Source of the DNA: Tubiluchus corallicola
Lineage: Eukaryota; Animalia; Priapulida
NCBI GenBank assembly: GCA_030141605.1
Contig: JAQGDQ010000219.1
Location: 62,001-126,000, forward strand
Direction of reading: 5' to 3'
Length of the DNA: 64,000 bases
Under the pieces are notes generated by a model, which saw nothing but the letters and a program-made list of their open reading frames with translations, was not told the origin of the DNA and did not search any database. Shown here in pieces: positions 27,201-40,200 of this stretch (the stretch's first letter is position 1; every line of letters begins with the position of its first letter). Position numbers and translations under genes: made by a program.

Positions 27201-27711
27201 TCGCAATTACTTAAATGCCTACAGTTGGTTTTTGTCGATTCATGCGTTGTCGACTCTAAGGAAGTTTGCAATTGGCACATGTTGGTTGAGATGAAAATTG
27301 TATTCAAGTGGCCCACAATCGGCAGGTGGCTCACAACCGGGATTGCACATCTTCCTAAAGGAATTTACTAAATAAATGTGCTGGTTGCTTTTGTTGGTAG
27401 ATAAGCTTGAAAGAGCCTAGCCATGCATTGTTAACTTAGTAAATTCCAGTTTAAAGTTCACACTGTCTCAATTAAATGCAAAAGATAAATTTTACCTTTG
27501 AGTGCCAGGTTTACTGTCGGGAAAATTTTATTTTGTTGTTAATTTCAAGAGTTATTGATAATTTGTTGTTACAGGCAGCTACTATTCTGAGCTGTGGAGA
27601 AAGCAACACGAAACACCAGCAATAAAAAATGCTGTACCAGTTAAAGAGGAAGAGTCGCCCTTTTCAGCTCAAATGGAAAATGAAAAAGACAGATCTGGGT
27701 GCACATGCTGA
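12286..27711 (+). CDS. ABCB7: Mitochondrial ABC transporter ABCB7/Atm1 (Fe-S/glutathione export), about 740 aa
   Basis: Confident exons: 14906-15115, 16292-16430, 16976-17162, 17653-17734, 18840-18928, 19041-19128, 19846-20020, 20510-20667, 21162-21325, 22211-22340, 22485-22656, 23918-24021, 26798-26954, 27575-27711 (GT-AG, phases consistent, 1992 nt). Motifs: [25 protein letters not shown], Walker A GGSGSGKS, signature LSGGEKQR, Walker [21 protein letters not shown]-terminal GCTC*. Tentative presequence exons: 12286-12330, 13850-13945, 14193-14282. Confidence 0.95.
12812..12978 (+). mobile_element. 3' tail of an RTE-clade LINE
   Basis: Reads [15 protein letters not shown]...[22 protein letters not shown], with the DRxxW C-terminal pattern of RTE ORFs, followed by a GATGATGAT tail. 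Confidence 0.6.
15400..15960. repeat. Degenerate tandem repeat (~130-150 bp units) in an ABCB7 intron, with a poly-G run near 15590
   Basis: TGTTTATAAGTCTGTAAG...CTGA(A)GC(C)TTCAT...CCATC occurs at about 15760 and 15900; GGCTCG(A/G)GGC..CA..TACTG occurs at about 15456 and 15841. Confidence 0.55.
17950..18708. mobile_element. Non-autonomous hAT element with a perfect 8-bp TSD
   Basis: TSD ACGGAAGC at 17942-17949 and 18709-18716; TIRs CAAGGATGTTACCA / TGGTGAAATCCCTG; AAC(C/T)GAAA subterminal repeats. Confidence 0.88.
25205..26056. mobile_element. Foldback-type non-autonomous transposon with inverted arrays of 15-bp GACATTTGGGCAC repeats
   Basis: Five direct copies at about 25213-25287 and inverted copies (G(T/C)GCCCAAATGTC) at about 25977-26045. 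Confidence 0.75.
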
Positions 27712-28614
27712 CAAAAAACTTCAGTAGACTTGATGGTATTTTTGTTGAAAATGCTTAGCCTGTTTAAATATCATTAGGGAATCAGGAGAAATACATTTAA
27801 ACAGCTTATACAGTTTTGGTGGTTTTGTCAGAATTGCACAGTGATGAGGGTGTATTCCGCAGCCATTCAATCGTATGTACTGTTACTTAGTTAGCTTGCA
27901 TATATGATAACTACATCTGAGTTTTATAAAATTGTGTTCATATCTTTCTAAAACTAAAAATTCTTTTAAGTGAAAAATAATTAGTGTATGATGAACCAAT
28001 TAAAAATTTCATTAAATGAGCCATGTAAACTTTTGGCTCACATATTTGGTCTTTTGAATTCATGTTATCTTTTTGAGCTAAACCCAATGAGCGTGAGCAT
28101 CTTAAGCACATTTAAAATTGCTCTGGAAGTGCTTTAAATCACTCAAGCTAATCTTTGTCAAATGGTTCATATTTATTTTTTATCACCTGTCGCATTTTCA
28201 TTGATGTGATATGGAGTAATTTATGAGCATTCTGATCTTGTATTGAATGTATTCGTTAATTTGTTTAGACAATTGGCACTCTAGTCAGGTACAATAGGTT
28301 TAATAATTTCTGAAACATTTAGGATGTATTTAATATTCGTTAGAAATTCCATTGTGACGAAAAAGGCGTTTTGGTATAGTATACTACATTATGATTTCAG
28401 GTGGAGAAACAAAAAACTTTAAAAAAGCACAAGGTATTTTGCATTCTAAATAAAATTAGATTAGTGACACATTACTGTATAAATGTATTTTAGTGATTAT
28501 GGCACTGTACTGACATTTTTTGTTAACAATTGTTAGTCTTCATTAAAAATTTAAAATGCTTATAGAATACAGTAATTTTTAGTGAACTTAGGAAAAATTT
28601 GTGTAGCAAGTGGA

Positions 28615-29332
28615 CAGTGCCGTAGCTACGGCAAGTGGCTAGGGCATCTGAGTTTTCCATCCCCTCCTCCAGTGACAAATGTAACATCTAAGCAACATCC
28701 TTGTGATTTTAGATTTGTAAAGTTTAGTTTTGTGGTGCAGTTGTGATAAATTGTGGAGATGAATTGATAAATTAATAAAAATCACTACTGGAAAAAATAA
28801 ATAAGTAATTATAAATGTATTTCACAATTAAAGCAGTTAATTCAAGATTTGCACTGCTCAGAAATTTTGAAAATATAGAAAGAAGCTATGTAAATATTAC
28901 AAAAATATTTTAATGTACTATATTATCATCTTCCTTCTTCTCAAACTTTCAACATTAAGTTCTATAAGCAGTGTTTTCATGGAAAATAAAATTGTCAGGC
29001 ATTTTCTTTTATTTTCATGGAAAATACGCAAACACTTCAAACGACGTTTAAATTTTGTTAAATTAATATTAAGAAAATCACACATCGGCTTCTGTAAACT
29101 TGAACGATTTCTAAAACAGCGAAAATGCAAAAATCACCTATGATTACAACAATTATTGACGACTCAAATTAGACACTGATATTTCCCTACTGTGCACACT
29201 CTACGTAAGTTTTGTAACACCTACTGTTTCGACAGAATCAATTTTTTGAAGGCACATGATCAAACTGCTGCCTTCTGAAGATTGCTGCCCAGGATGGACA
29301 TCCCATTCGTCTTCCCCTTAGCTGCTCCACTG
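28615..29332. mobile_element. Non-autonomous hAT-like element
   Basis: TIRs CAGTGCCGTAGCTA / TAGCTGCTCCACTG; degenerate 8-bp flanks CAAGTGGA / GTATTGGA (5 of 8 match). Confidence 0.55.
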
Positions 29333-30153
29333 GTATTGGAAGCTTTCAACTCAGGGATTTTTTTATATTTATGTCAACCTGTTAGTTTATCAGACCAAAA
29401 TTAGCAATATTGTTGGTCTTTATTTTGGTTTCAGTTGTATCTTTCTGTGTTCTTAGTGTCTGAATAGGCAATGATCTATCTAGTTAGCTCAAATTAAAGT
29501 CAAGGCTTAGTCAAAATTTTTTTATTGAAATGCAGTAAATTTATTTTATTTAATTATGCAAAATATTTATTGTTTATTGGGCAAACAAAAGCAATAGAAT
29601 TGTTTTTATGTAGTACACTAGTTTTTATGTAGCTTATGTATGTTTAGCTTTTAATCTAATAGTCATTTACCTTATGGTAAAGCATTATAGCACTAGAAAT
29701 TTATTGGTCATATAAGCATAAGCTGTGTAATTAAGTGTAGACTTCTCAAGTTTTCTTGAAAAACCTATAGTAAGTATGTTTTTGAGCAAAATTGAGTTAT
29801 TGACTTCTTAGTACTTAGCTGCTTTTTCCCACCAAATGATTTGATGATATGAAACTAAATGTATTAGCAAATTAATAAACCTGGTAAGTCCATTTTTCCC
29901 GAAATTTTTAGCAAACCTTGATGTAGATGAGAGTTGTTTGTATTTTTCTATGATTTGGCATTGAGCAACCCAGTATCCAGTACGGACAAATGGGGTAAAG
30001 TTTTATGATGCTTGCATCATGCCTGCCCTGCATTAATAAATTAACCCTACATCTAATTTAAATGACAGTAAATCGAGGTATTTTGCTGTAGCTAGTCTGC
30101 ATTTAAAATTATCAAATAAATACCTTTAATCTTTGCCCTTAAAAAACAGAGTC

Positions 30154-30243
30154 AATATGCCCAACTTGCGTAATGCACTGGGTGAGATATCACCTAGCAT
30201 AGTAGTCTATGTCACCCAATGTCTAGCATGAGTTGGGCATATT
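30154..30243. repeat. 90-bp imperfect palindrome (hairpin)
   Basis: Outer arms AATATGCCCAACT / AGTTGGGCATATT are perfect over 13 bp; inner arms TGGGTGA / TCACCCA. Confidence 0.8.
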
Positions 30244-30330
30244 TATATTCACTCAGTTGGTGGTATGTAAATTTTTCGACTGTATGATTTTACAAAACTT
30301 GCTAGAAACAGTGGAAATGTGTTAAAGTTA

Positions 30331-30413
30331 GGGAACATGTTGGATTTGAGCCAGAACTAGAGGCATTTCTCTTACAAAGTGAGCGCTACGATCCATCTCG
30401 CTCACTGGCTCCC
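30331..30413 (-). mobile_element. Degenerate tRNA-derived SINE head
   Basis: Reverse complement GGGAGCCAGTGAGCGAGATGG...TTTGTAA...GGCTCAAATCCAACATGTTCCC shows A-box-like and B-box-like segments and complementary GGGA/TCCC ends. Confidence 0.45.
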
Positions 30414-30779
30414 ATGTGAACTTTACAATGACTGTGTGATCCTAAAGATAATGTATTTCAAAATAATTTCAGAGCAGTTCAAAATAATAAGATTGTAATG
30501 TTGTTGTCGTCTTGGTTATCTTTTAGCTTATCATTATGCATTACTAATAAATCATTTTGTTTATTTTATTAAATGAAGCAATTAATGTTATTTTTGCAGA
30601 ATATATCTTATGCCTGTTAGTACTTTATCATTTTAACGGTCGTTTCAAGATCTTAGATTTGATGGTCTGGATTATTTCAAGTTAGGTTGGATGAACAGTA
30701 TTAATCATTTCTTTAATTTTGCTACAATAGTCAAATTACATTGCTTGCTTTTGGGTTGATGTAACGAGACTAATATTTT

Positions 30780-31054
30780 CGCGTTCAGATTGATTGGTTT
30801 GTGCTGCCATCTCTGGGCAACACTTTGTTTAACGCTGCTTGTCATGTCTTCTGTGCTTTGGATGCAGTGATTGTGTCCCTGTGATTTATTTCATTATTTC
30901 CGGGTCAGGCTTGTTTTTCTGGCTGAAATGGTGGGAGATTTACAAAGCAGATGACAGCCACCATAGTTTTGGCGCTGATACAGATAAACAGTCACAAATT
31001 CTTTAAGAAAAATGCTTTGAAGGATGAAAAATGATACTGTAAAATCCCACGTAC
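30780..31054 (+). promoter_or_regulatory. Candidate distal promoter and non-coding first exon of the PRKX-like gene
   Basis: ATTGG (reverse CCAAT) and a CTCF-like GTGCTGCCATCTCTGG at 30801-30816; donor GTAAGT at 31055; acceptor TTTTGTTTATAG ending at 31255, just upstream of the ATG at 31289. Inferred, with no transcript evidence. Confidence 0.4.
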
Positions 31055-31288
31055 GTAAGTAGCTCTATATAGACTCATAGACATGAGTTTTGAATGACGA
31101 AATAGCAAACTTTAACTAAATGTGTTGTAGTAATTGGAAATTACAGTTTTTAAATTAGCAATTGGCTTTTTATAAGAATAACTTTATTTCATAACAATTT
31201 AAGTAATTTAAAAAATGATAACTAAAGAATAAGGTGAAATTTATTTTGTTTATAGATCTTTGTAAATACCTGTTGACTAGAATAAACT

Positions 31289-31433
31289 ATGGCTTCAGCT
31301 AAAGTTAGTCAGGAGCTTAACCATCGACTGCTCAATTCAGATAAACGATTGTCGCCATCGCCAGAACCAGAAAATGGACTGACGAGTTCCGTAGCTGCAA
31401 AACTGTGTCGATATCAAACCCTTGTGACTATTG
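31289..31433 (+). CDS. PRKX: Alternative (distal) first coding exon of the PRKX-like kinase; predicted 351-aa isoform
   Basis: MASAKVSQELNHRLLNSDKRLSPSPEPENGLTSSVAAKLCRYQTLVTI-G ends in phase 1 at G|GTAAGC. Joining it to 46485 gives YQTLVTIGTGTFGRV, the start of kinase subdomain I. Too short to appear in the ORF track. Confidence 0.8.
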
Positions 31434-34400
31434 GTAAGCACTGAGATTTAGTTCTTTTCTCATTTTTTTGGATTTGATGTGAATAGACATGCATAATTTA
31501 TAATATTACATTTTGTGTGCATTTGCAAACAGAATTGCATGTCAAACTACTGAACTGAAAGCTCGCTAATTTAAGAAAAGCACTAAAAAGCATTACTTTT
31601 GCACAACTTATGAATTACAGGTACGGTTAATTAGTGACAGTATTGATGGAAATTTGACCATCATTAACACCTGAATAGATTCATTATTGAATCTTAAGCA
31701 TAAGCAGAATATCGTTGAAAATGTACAGCTACATGCAGCTTAAGATTACTCAATCCAATGAAACTAAATAACTCACTTTTACTATTAAATAGCTGTTTGT
31801 TCTGTACCCCATGTTTTATGGCATTACTCAACCTTTGGGGCAAAGCTTTGAATGATTATAATAATATGAAGCCAAGGTTACAAAGACTGCTAGTGGAAAA
31901 ATTGGCATAAATTTACAGCACCTAAAGCTTTTTCTTCCTTTTGTCAGAGCCTTACTGAATAAATAACTAATCGCATACTAGTGTGATTGAACTTTGTAAG
32001 AGATTTTCTAGGTGTTTATTATGCCATAGGCATGACTGCATGCTTGTCTGGGTATGTGAGTAATTTTATTTGAAGTAAAGGTGTGTAACTTATAAAAATA
32101 AAAGTTCTGCAAAACTTTGGTGTCATTATAAAAAAGTTACAGCTAAAAACTTGTATGAATTTAATAATAATTTTAGTGAACATTAACACGAGCACTATAA
32201 ACATTAATAACAACGGCATACAATGCATAATGAGTCCAATCTATTGAGAAAAAAGTGGAAGTATTATACGAGCGACCACTTGAAGGCTTAAAGGGAACTG
32301 TGGGGAAAATGTTAATTTGGTTAGTTATTGTCATGCTACAAAGGTGAACTAAAACTTATTGCTATGGCAGAAGCATGGTCTCCATTTAGCTGGAAGTGGC
32401 CACCATGACTGCCATCTGTTATTGGAATAAGAACATTCGCGAAACGAGCTTGCGGAAGCGGTAGCAAATTAGCCCAACAGATGGGCCTGAATCACACTTT
32501 TTTCGCATTTAATTTCGAAATGTCTGGCAGTCTGAATAACTAATTTTTTACAATTTAGAATCGTCAACTAGTCATCTTAATTCTGCTCCATAATCTGAGT
32601 ATGGCGAGTTGAATGTTTGTGAAACCTACACAGTTCTAAATAAAGGTTTATGTGCAAGTAAACGTAGAATCTGAGATAAGGCTTCACTACACAGTAAAAA
32701 GTCATTTTATGGATAGACGATCTAGTGCATGACGTCAACAGGATTGGAGATAAAACCTGTCCTGAGCAATCAAATTGAAAGTTAATCTCAGTTATGAGTT
32801 CATCCGACAGTGTTGTTTATATGGAAAAATTTTAGAGGCCGCCGTTCTTATTAGGCAAACGTTACTTCTTTTTGGCTATTGTGGCAACTTTTGCTAATAT
32901 TCTTGCGAGCTCTTACTAGGAAAAAATTACGCGGACTAGTAGATCTGTTGGCAAAATTACATCATCGTTCTCTGTAAATATTCATCCACACTTCACATTT
33001 GGGAAAGATTGACAAAAAAACCGAAACTGTTGCCTCTCAGAAAACAGGGCATGACTAACAAACAAGGGCGACTATGATATGTTTACTAGTATTACAGTCT
33101 TGAATATGCACTCCTCCAACATACTTGTTTATTGTGCAGTTCATCTTTCAGAAATTTTCGCGAAACTGACTGGCAATGAGTTTCCGAATTCTGCCACTGT
33201 TTTGTGGTTTTTCCATTGTACGCGGGTTTGTGTGCAGAAAACGCTTGCTGACTATAAATAAGTCTGGCTTCATGAAGCAAACATTCAGTGCCCGCACCGC
33301 GTCTTTGTGTGTTATATATAAACGCAAGCTGCAGCGAGGCAGGCTAAATATAGAATAAACCTTTGACTGCCAGGTAAACGGAAGTCGGGAAACTGCCACG
33401 TGAGCAGCAGACATGCGTGCAAATTTGCCCAGAACAAACTTAATTCTTGTACAAATACTTACTACCGAGAATTGATCTTGAGTCTGTATTTAAGGTCTTT
33501 TTTAAGCGCAAAGACTATCTTTGTTGAGAAATGGTTGAAAGCAAACCAATAAAATATTTCTTTTCGGCTTCCCGGCAATCATTCCTGATAACTAGGCTTA
33601 CATGTGCCAGGCGTTGCGTGGTACGTTTATTGGACGAACAGTTGATTCAGTTGACAAACGGGGTGCGGCCTTCACTTCCTAGTTATTCCCTCTTGCAACT
33701 TGACTGCGCCAAGATATCTTCAATATTTCGTTGCGCCATTAATAATATTTCTTTTGGTTGCAATTAAGATACGTGCATCAGTCACACATTTTTCTGTGTG
33801 TTTCTAAATGATTGAAGGAAAGAATAGGCAAAAGAAATTTTTTTAAAGGAAAAGCCAATTCTGGGACATTAGAGGCTTATTTCAATGTTCGCGAATATTG
33901 CTATTTTGAAAACCCATTCTTCTACCAATGACGTCGTTCGCCAAGTGAAGAAAAGCACTACACTGTCAATTTCCGTAAAAACTATTGTAAAGAAAGGGCG
34001 GAATTTGTTGGATATTTGATACTTTAAAGGGAGAGCGCGCCGAAGGTCCGTGGTTCTTAAATTACGCTTTCTTTATTAACCAAAGCCGAAAAAGCGTGAG
34101 TAAAATGAGAAAAATACCGTACTTACTTATATATTTTACTATGTTTACAAACAAATGTTTGCATTAATAACAGTGCAACAAATAAACAATATTAATTAAC
34201 ATGAGTATAAGCATTGATCAAAACTAATCTATCAGTAAACCGTTTAACGGGGGTAATGCACTACACATTACCAACGATTTAGTTTGGCAGAAGGCTTTTA
34301 TAACATACAATATTCGTAATATCTGAAAACAGGTTCAGGTACAAGTTTGAGATCACTTATGCCATGCAAGGTCAAAACTACCTATGAATGCGGCTTCAAC

Positions 34401-34589
34401 GTGTTTAAAATCGCGACTGTTTTCCACTTGCAACAGTCCGCGATCTGTATAATAAGTTTTGACAAAAAATTAGTCAGCTAATTTTGTGATATTTTTGCAT
34501 GAATATTAGGTAAACTTTACTGCTGAAGTTTTGTTATTGCTTTGCCTAGCCTGTGATTACAATGATAAGCAAAACAGAACTTCACGTAC

Positions 34590-35450
34590 ATATTTAGACA
34601 ATTATGATAGCAATGGAAACGTTAAATTGCTAAATTTGCTTTTTAGTTTTAATATGTAGATTTGTGTTTCATTAATCAATGTTCGATTAATAGAATTTGG
34701 AAACAAATCTGATCCAGCAACTAAAAGTGTAGCTTTATCGACCATCAAAAGGTCGTTGAAATTAACATTCAGGGCTATTAAATCAATTATTTTACACAAG
34801 TAGTTTAATCTTATAGCATCGTAAAATGGACATACCAGTAAATAATGTAACACATCTTCAGTTTGCAAATTACACTTCTTACAAATAGGTGAAAGCCCTG
34901 CGCTCATACAGAGTAGTTTAAAGCATTTGTACCCAATCTTAACCTACAGGTTAACGCAGAAGCGTGACGTGAACCAGTAAAGTAATAAGATTTAATGAGA
35001 GGGTGTGAAGTTTTAATTAGAGCTTTCTTAAAACTACTGACTGAAAATTTATTTCTAGTGTCAATAGAAAGCTTGTCCAATTCTTTTATGCAAGAAGGAA
35101 GAAACTTTTTTGAAAGTGGTTAGAATACAAAACATCAATGACAAATTTATACATTTATTGGGTAAATTATAGTAACTTCTATCATAAACAGGTTGCGTAA
35201 GTATAGTAGTAAGGTAATACGGAGAAACTCCTTTAGCAATTTTGTAAAATAAAGATATTTTATAAATGAATTTTCTGTGTGCCATCTTTTCGTAAGAAAG
35301 ATCTCTCAGCAATTTCTCCCCTCTTGTACACATAAACAGCCCCAGAGACTACTATCGAGGCATGGTACTGTATCTAAAAGTAAACTGCAACTGCAGTGCA
35401 ATGCAGTTCATATGGTGAAAGTATCAGAAATCACGCAATACATTTTAGAT
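34590..35450 (-). mobile_element. 5'-truncated, frameshifted non-LTR retrotransposon (CR1/L2-group) ORF2 C-terminus
   Basis: Fragments LFYKIAKGVSPYYL and CRLRLGTNALN, plus the Cys/His motif CKKC-x8-H-x4-CPFYDAIR, typical of LINE ORF2 C-termini (ORFs 35061-35333 and 34602-34907). Confidence 0.75.
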
Positions 35451-37061
35451 TCAATAAAAAATAAGAAAGTGAATTTATACAAACCTTTGCCGACCACTAC
35501 ATAATTAAAATCTTTTAACATGCCAAATTGGTGCAGGTTAGTTCAGTAATTACAATAAGCAAATTAGTTTTGAACCATTTTGTTCGGCGCTGCATTTATT
35601 CATTGATTTGACAATGTGAGAATAAATTCTGCTAGTTTAAATTCATTTGTCAAATCACTCCGAAACTGGGTTATCTGTATGTTTATGTATGCTGTAAGTT
35701 GGTGTAAACGCATTATTTAAGGATTTTAATGGCCTTTGGCTAACTTTGTAAGGTCTTGGTGTGGTAATTTTCACCATTAGTTTTATTCTAGGTAAGGTCA
35801 GAAACGTCAACACATATACGAAAAAGAGAATGGTGTTTTTTGTCTGCGTAATTGCACAGATTGCGTCATTATATAGAATTACAGATAAATGATATACCTG
35901 TATTTGGCAAACCATCCCGAGGAAAATGAATTATTGGTCTATTTATTAAATTTGTACTTAAAATCTTAGTTTAATGTATTGTTCTGCAACATTTTAACAG
36001 TTTCTGTGTACTTTGCTTTTGTTATTTCACTTTTACTCTAATGCTTGGATCATAATGGCAATAACATATATGTATCATGTTTTTACACAGTTTTTATGCA
36101 CCCAAGGAAATCTATCTTCTATTCTATTCTACTCCGTTTCCAACTTTGTGCTACATATTATTTCACCAGCAGTTATAGTCTCGTCCCCTCATATGAGAAC
36201 CACCATACCAATGTGAGCAAGACTACTACACTGCTGACAACGTTATACCCAAGGCCTCTTTAAAAGACGTCTTTTGATATACCCGTTTATGCTAATGTGT
36301 ATTGAGAATTCTGCAGCGATGACTGACTTTATTAACCTCCCCTCGTTTTCTGGCTAGATTTAATAACAAACAGACGAGTGCAACGAAGCCAAGTACGGAA
36401 AACCACCATGAACGTTTGCAGAACAAAGGAGGCGCGCTACCATTAAACCTCGTCGTTTCACTGTAATGGTGTGTTGAAGGAGTGTGATTAGTAATAAAAG
36501 ACGCCAGATGGCGGCGCTCCGGTTATTTAGCTCACAGGTGTTTACGAGGAGGAGCCCGGCAATCTGGGCGAGAGCAACAGGAACGCTATAAATTACGCGA
36601 AACAAGATCGTCAGTGGCAGACTAAGCGCAACAAAAACTTGGTGAACATGTACAAGAGCTACTTGATGGTAAGTTGATAGGAGTGAGAAACGCAGGTGAC
36701 GTCATGCGGTGTCTCTGATTCTGCACAGCTGGATAACGTACATCACCACCCGGTCAACAATATCGGTTGAGGTGACTTACGTCTAAACCGGGTCGGGTGT
36801 ATATTTTGAGCAATAACATACGAGTGCGTGCGTGCGTGCGTGCGTGTGTGGAGGGGGAGGTGTTCGCACCTGAATGTTCCCGTGTTATTTTATGCAAAAT
36901 ACCTCACTACCTTTTAAAATTTGTGTAATAAATAAGAAAATCAGTAAAAATCCACTCAAAATTTGCAGATTTGTTATAGAAATCCCGAATTTCACTGTGC
37001 CTATTTTTAGTGATGGACTATACCCAGGATTATTTTACCAAAAGGGAGGGGATTTGGAAAA

Positions 37062-37279
37062 GTCGAGACTGAGCCTGGTGTTGAACCAAGGACTTTTCGA
37101 TCTCAGGCGCAGTGCCACCAAGACTAGATTACAAACTCTTGCATGGAAGATGCAACAACAAAAGTTCACAACTCTTTCCAACAGCATCAGCAGCAACAGT
37201 AACAGCAATAACAACAAGGATTTTGAACTCGTTACCTATTGCACGTAGTCTTGTACCTTAACAACTCGGCCACCGAGAC
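37062..37279 (-). mobile_element. Two tRNA-derived SINE heads of one family
   Basis: Both start TAGTCT(C/T)GGTGGC on the minus strand (from about 37126 and 37281). The second has A-box TGGCCGAGTTG and B-box GAGTTCAAAATCC; the first has B-box GGTTCAACACC. They are separated by a (CAG/CAA)n tract. Confidence 0.55.
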
Positions 37280-40200
37280 TACGCTGTTGAACAACATCAA
37301 CGAAGACAATGGAGGTGCCGGCAATACTCAAGATCATTTCCTATGGTTTTTTGCACGTGCAGCTATAAGATTCACAAATAAAGTGCACAAACGGTACTTT
37401 ATCTACATGGCAAAAATAAAACTGTTAAACTAACTACGTAATGTGCAATTTTTCGAACAATCACAAAATTTCCCAGAACACGTGCAACTTAAAAAAATGA
37501 TTTTGACTTGAAAAACGAGTTCATTCTTAACGCTGACAGTGGTTTATAAATGATAGGAAATGACAGATAGCTGGTATGTTATGTCTTACCGTTAGTTCAA
37601 CAGACGCAATTATACAAAGCAGCGTCTAAAATTATACACCGTCTGTTATGACTCATCATCATCTGGATGTAATCGGTGTTTTTAGAGATTTTTAGTTTGG
37701 CTTCGGGCATCAACCTAATTTTTGCATTGCGCGGTGACACAGATTTACTGCTTTCGTGTTGTTTTTGTTGTCGTCGCCATCATCGCCTTTGCCGTCGCTG
37801 TTGGTGTTTTCAGGCAAAGTTGAAAATATTTTGCCGCTGTTAAGTTGGTTTGAACAAAATTTGACGTGGTTCTTCATTTTCTAAGAAAGTGTGATGGTGA
37901 GCTAATCATGATGCCAAAATATTACGTCAAGGTTTTGGGCAGGTGTGGATGGGAGGGGGGTCAGTGGACGATATTGAAACAATTTTGCTATAAGATCCAC
38001 TTTTATAAAATTGTGTGTAACATAGCACTTGACTTGGCGTATAAATTATTAAATGAAAATTTTATAACCTTGTGTCAGGGCAGTCATATCACGAAAATGC
38101 AGCTGTGTGTAAAATATTTGCCTTATCAAAACACCAAACAGACATCTAAGTAACGTTATGAGAAATGAAAGGTCTCCAAAACATCGCAGACCAAAATAAG
38201 CCCAAAAAAGCAAAATTGAAGTGGCACTGTCCATGTAACAGAGATGACACATTTTTGTTCACCAATTGTTGTTCCTAGAAAAGTACTCAATGGCAATGTG
38301 TCACAAATTGTCTGATGTTGAGGTCTTGCACATAAAACGCAATATGAGGATGTGATCTGCAAAGTTACGTATCTATGATTTTTGAAATATATATATATAT
38401 ATATATATATATCAAAATACAGATTTCAGGAAGGGCTTTACATTGAAAAGTGAGATACCTGCAAATCAATGCATCTTCATCACTATTTCGACAGTCTTTT
38501 TTACAAATGTACTATGACAAACCTTACTATGTTCCCCTGACAAGGTCCTGTAAATATGCTTATCATCATTTTGTGATGTCCGCTGGCTTTGTCACGGTGT
38601 CTGCGGGTCACGCATTTCCTCAACTTGTGTAGTTAAACTACATAATAGATTAGTATGATTCTGATTTTGCAAGAAAATCTTCTAACGATATAGTTAGTAT
38701 TATCATAATTGTCATGATTATCATAATCATCTCAACTTAACTGTCATCATCAGCGGCAGCAGTGGCAACATTAGTAGCACCACCTATTACACTTCATGTC
38801 ATCGTCATCAGCAGCATCATATCATCATCATTATCATCACTATATCTTTAATATGAGTTGGAGGTTTTGCCAAGTTAATTTTTAAAGATTTCGCATTTGA
38901 ATAGCATTTTAAATTTTATAATTTTTTAATTTTAATTAAAATATTAGCTATGTCGAACTTTGGCTTCTTGACTATTTAATTTCTTTAAACTTCTATAATA
39001 TTCTTTCAAAAGTTAGAAGTTTCTAATTTGCGTGACGTGTTATAAATAATAAATTAAAGCCTAACTTATTGATCTTTGGTTGCAATAATAGTTTACAGCT
39101 AACTGCTGCAGTTACGTATCTGCCAAAAAAAACTTACGAACTAACCTATATTCTAGCGGGAGTTGCAAAGTATTCTATCTTCAACTCTTTCTATAACATC
39201 GCTTAGATTTTGTACTTTCCTAAAAAGAGCTAAAAATAAGTGAAAATGACCTAGTCGTTTTTCTCTAAACTTATGTATTTTTAGATACTTGACTTAGCGT
39301 GTCACCGCCTATATTTTCTCCAATGTGACCGATATTAGTATAACGTGCCAAGTGAGCATCTTAGGAGGTCTTTCTTCGGTTAATGCAGGTGAAACCAAAA
39401 AGTCAGGTTGTAAAGCATTGATTAAAAGGAGTAGTTTTTCGCTGTGTAAGTGTAGTCCTCGTCATCATCTTGTGTTGTAGTGTGGATTGTTATTGTGTGG
39501 GTTCTTATTGATTTATTCACAAAACTCTTGCGAGGTTTGACCAGAGGTGGGGAAGGCTTAACGAAAGGGATGTTTTACTACGCGGTTTACTCATTTATGG
39601 ACACTAGAACTAGACATCTGAACGATTAATTTCACCAAGCTAGAAGCAAGAATATGGAAGCTTGAACAGTTGGCAGCCATCCTGGACACCATCTTTAATT
39701 TCGAACATGTTATTGTTTAAAAAAGTGACACCATATTTTTGCAGTCTACTCATCGTAAGCTAAAACAATATATAGCATAAAAGTCAACATGAATTTTCCC
39801 TGGTATTACATAAGGCCCTGCACTATATGGTACCAGCGTCCGTGAGGGTTTCAGATTAGTGCAGATATAGGTAACCCCTCTCTCACATGGCGTCTAGTGT
39901 TTTTTTAGAGGTTTTGGGATTTCGAATTCGAATATCAACATCCCCACTCTCCAAGATGATGGCCAAATTGCTTCTAAAATTTTTCGACGTATTACACGAT
40001 TTTTAAGGGGTTGCACTTCCTATAGCCGTTAGAATTCACCTGACTGGTTTTAGATTCTTTGCAAAACTAAAACTGTGAAATACGTTAATTAGGGGCTTGA
40101 CTTTTATTTTTTCGCTGTATAAATATATCTGGTCTCTTTGACTGTTAAGAAAGTCTTGTCTGTTTAATCAGGAACTCGGATAGATTATACTAAGGAATCA

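Noticed and set aside
27700-28030. ABCB7 terminal TGA as selenocysteine (Cys-x-Cys-UGA)
   Set aside because: Human ABCB7 also stops right after CxC, and the nearest ATGA...AA...GA candidate (about 27988-28020) does not form a convincing SECIS helix.
32289-34050. TTAAAGGG starts at about 32289 and 34024 as Kolobok-like transposon ends
   Set aside because: No matching inverted partner termini could be identified.
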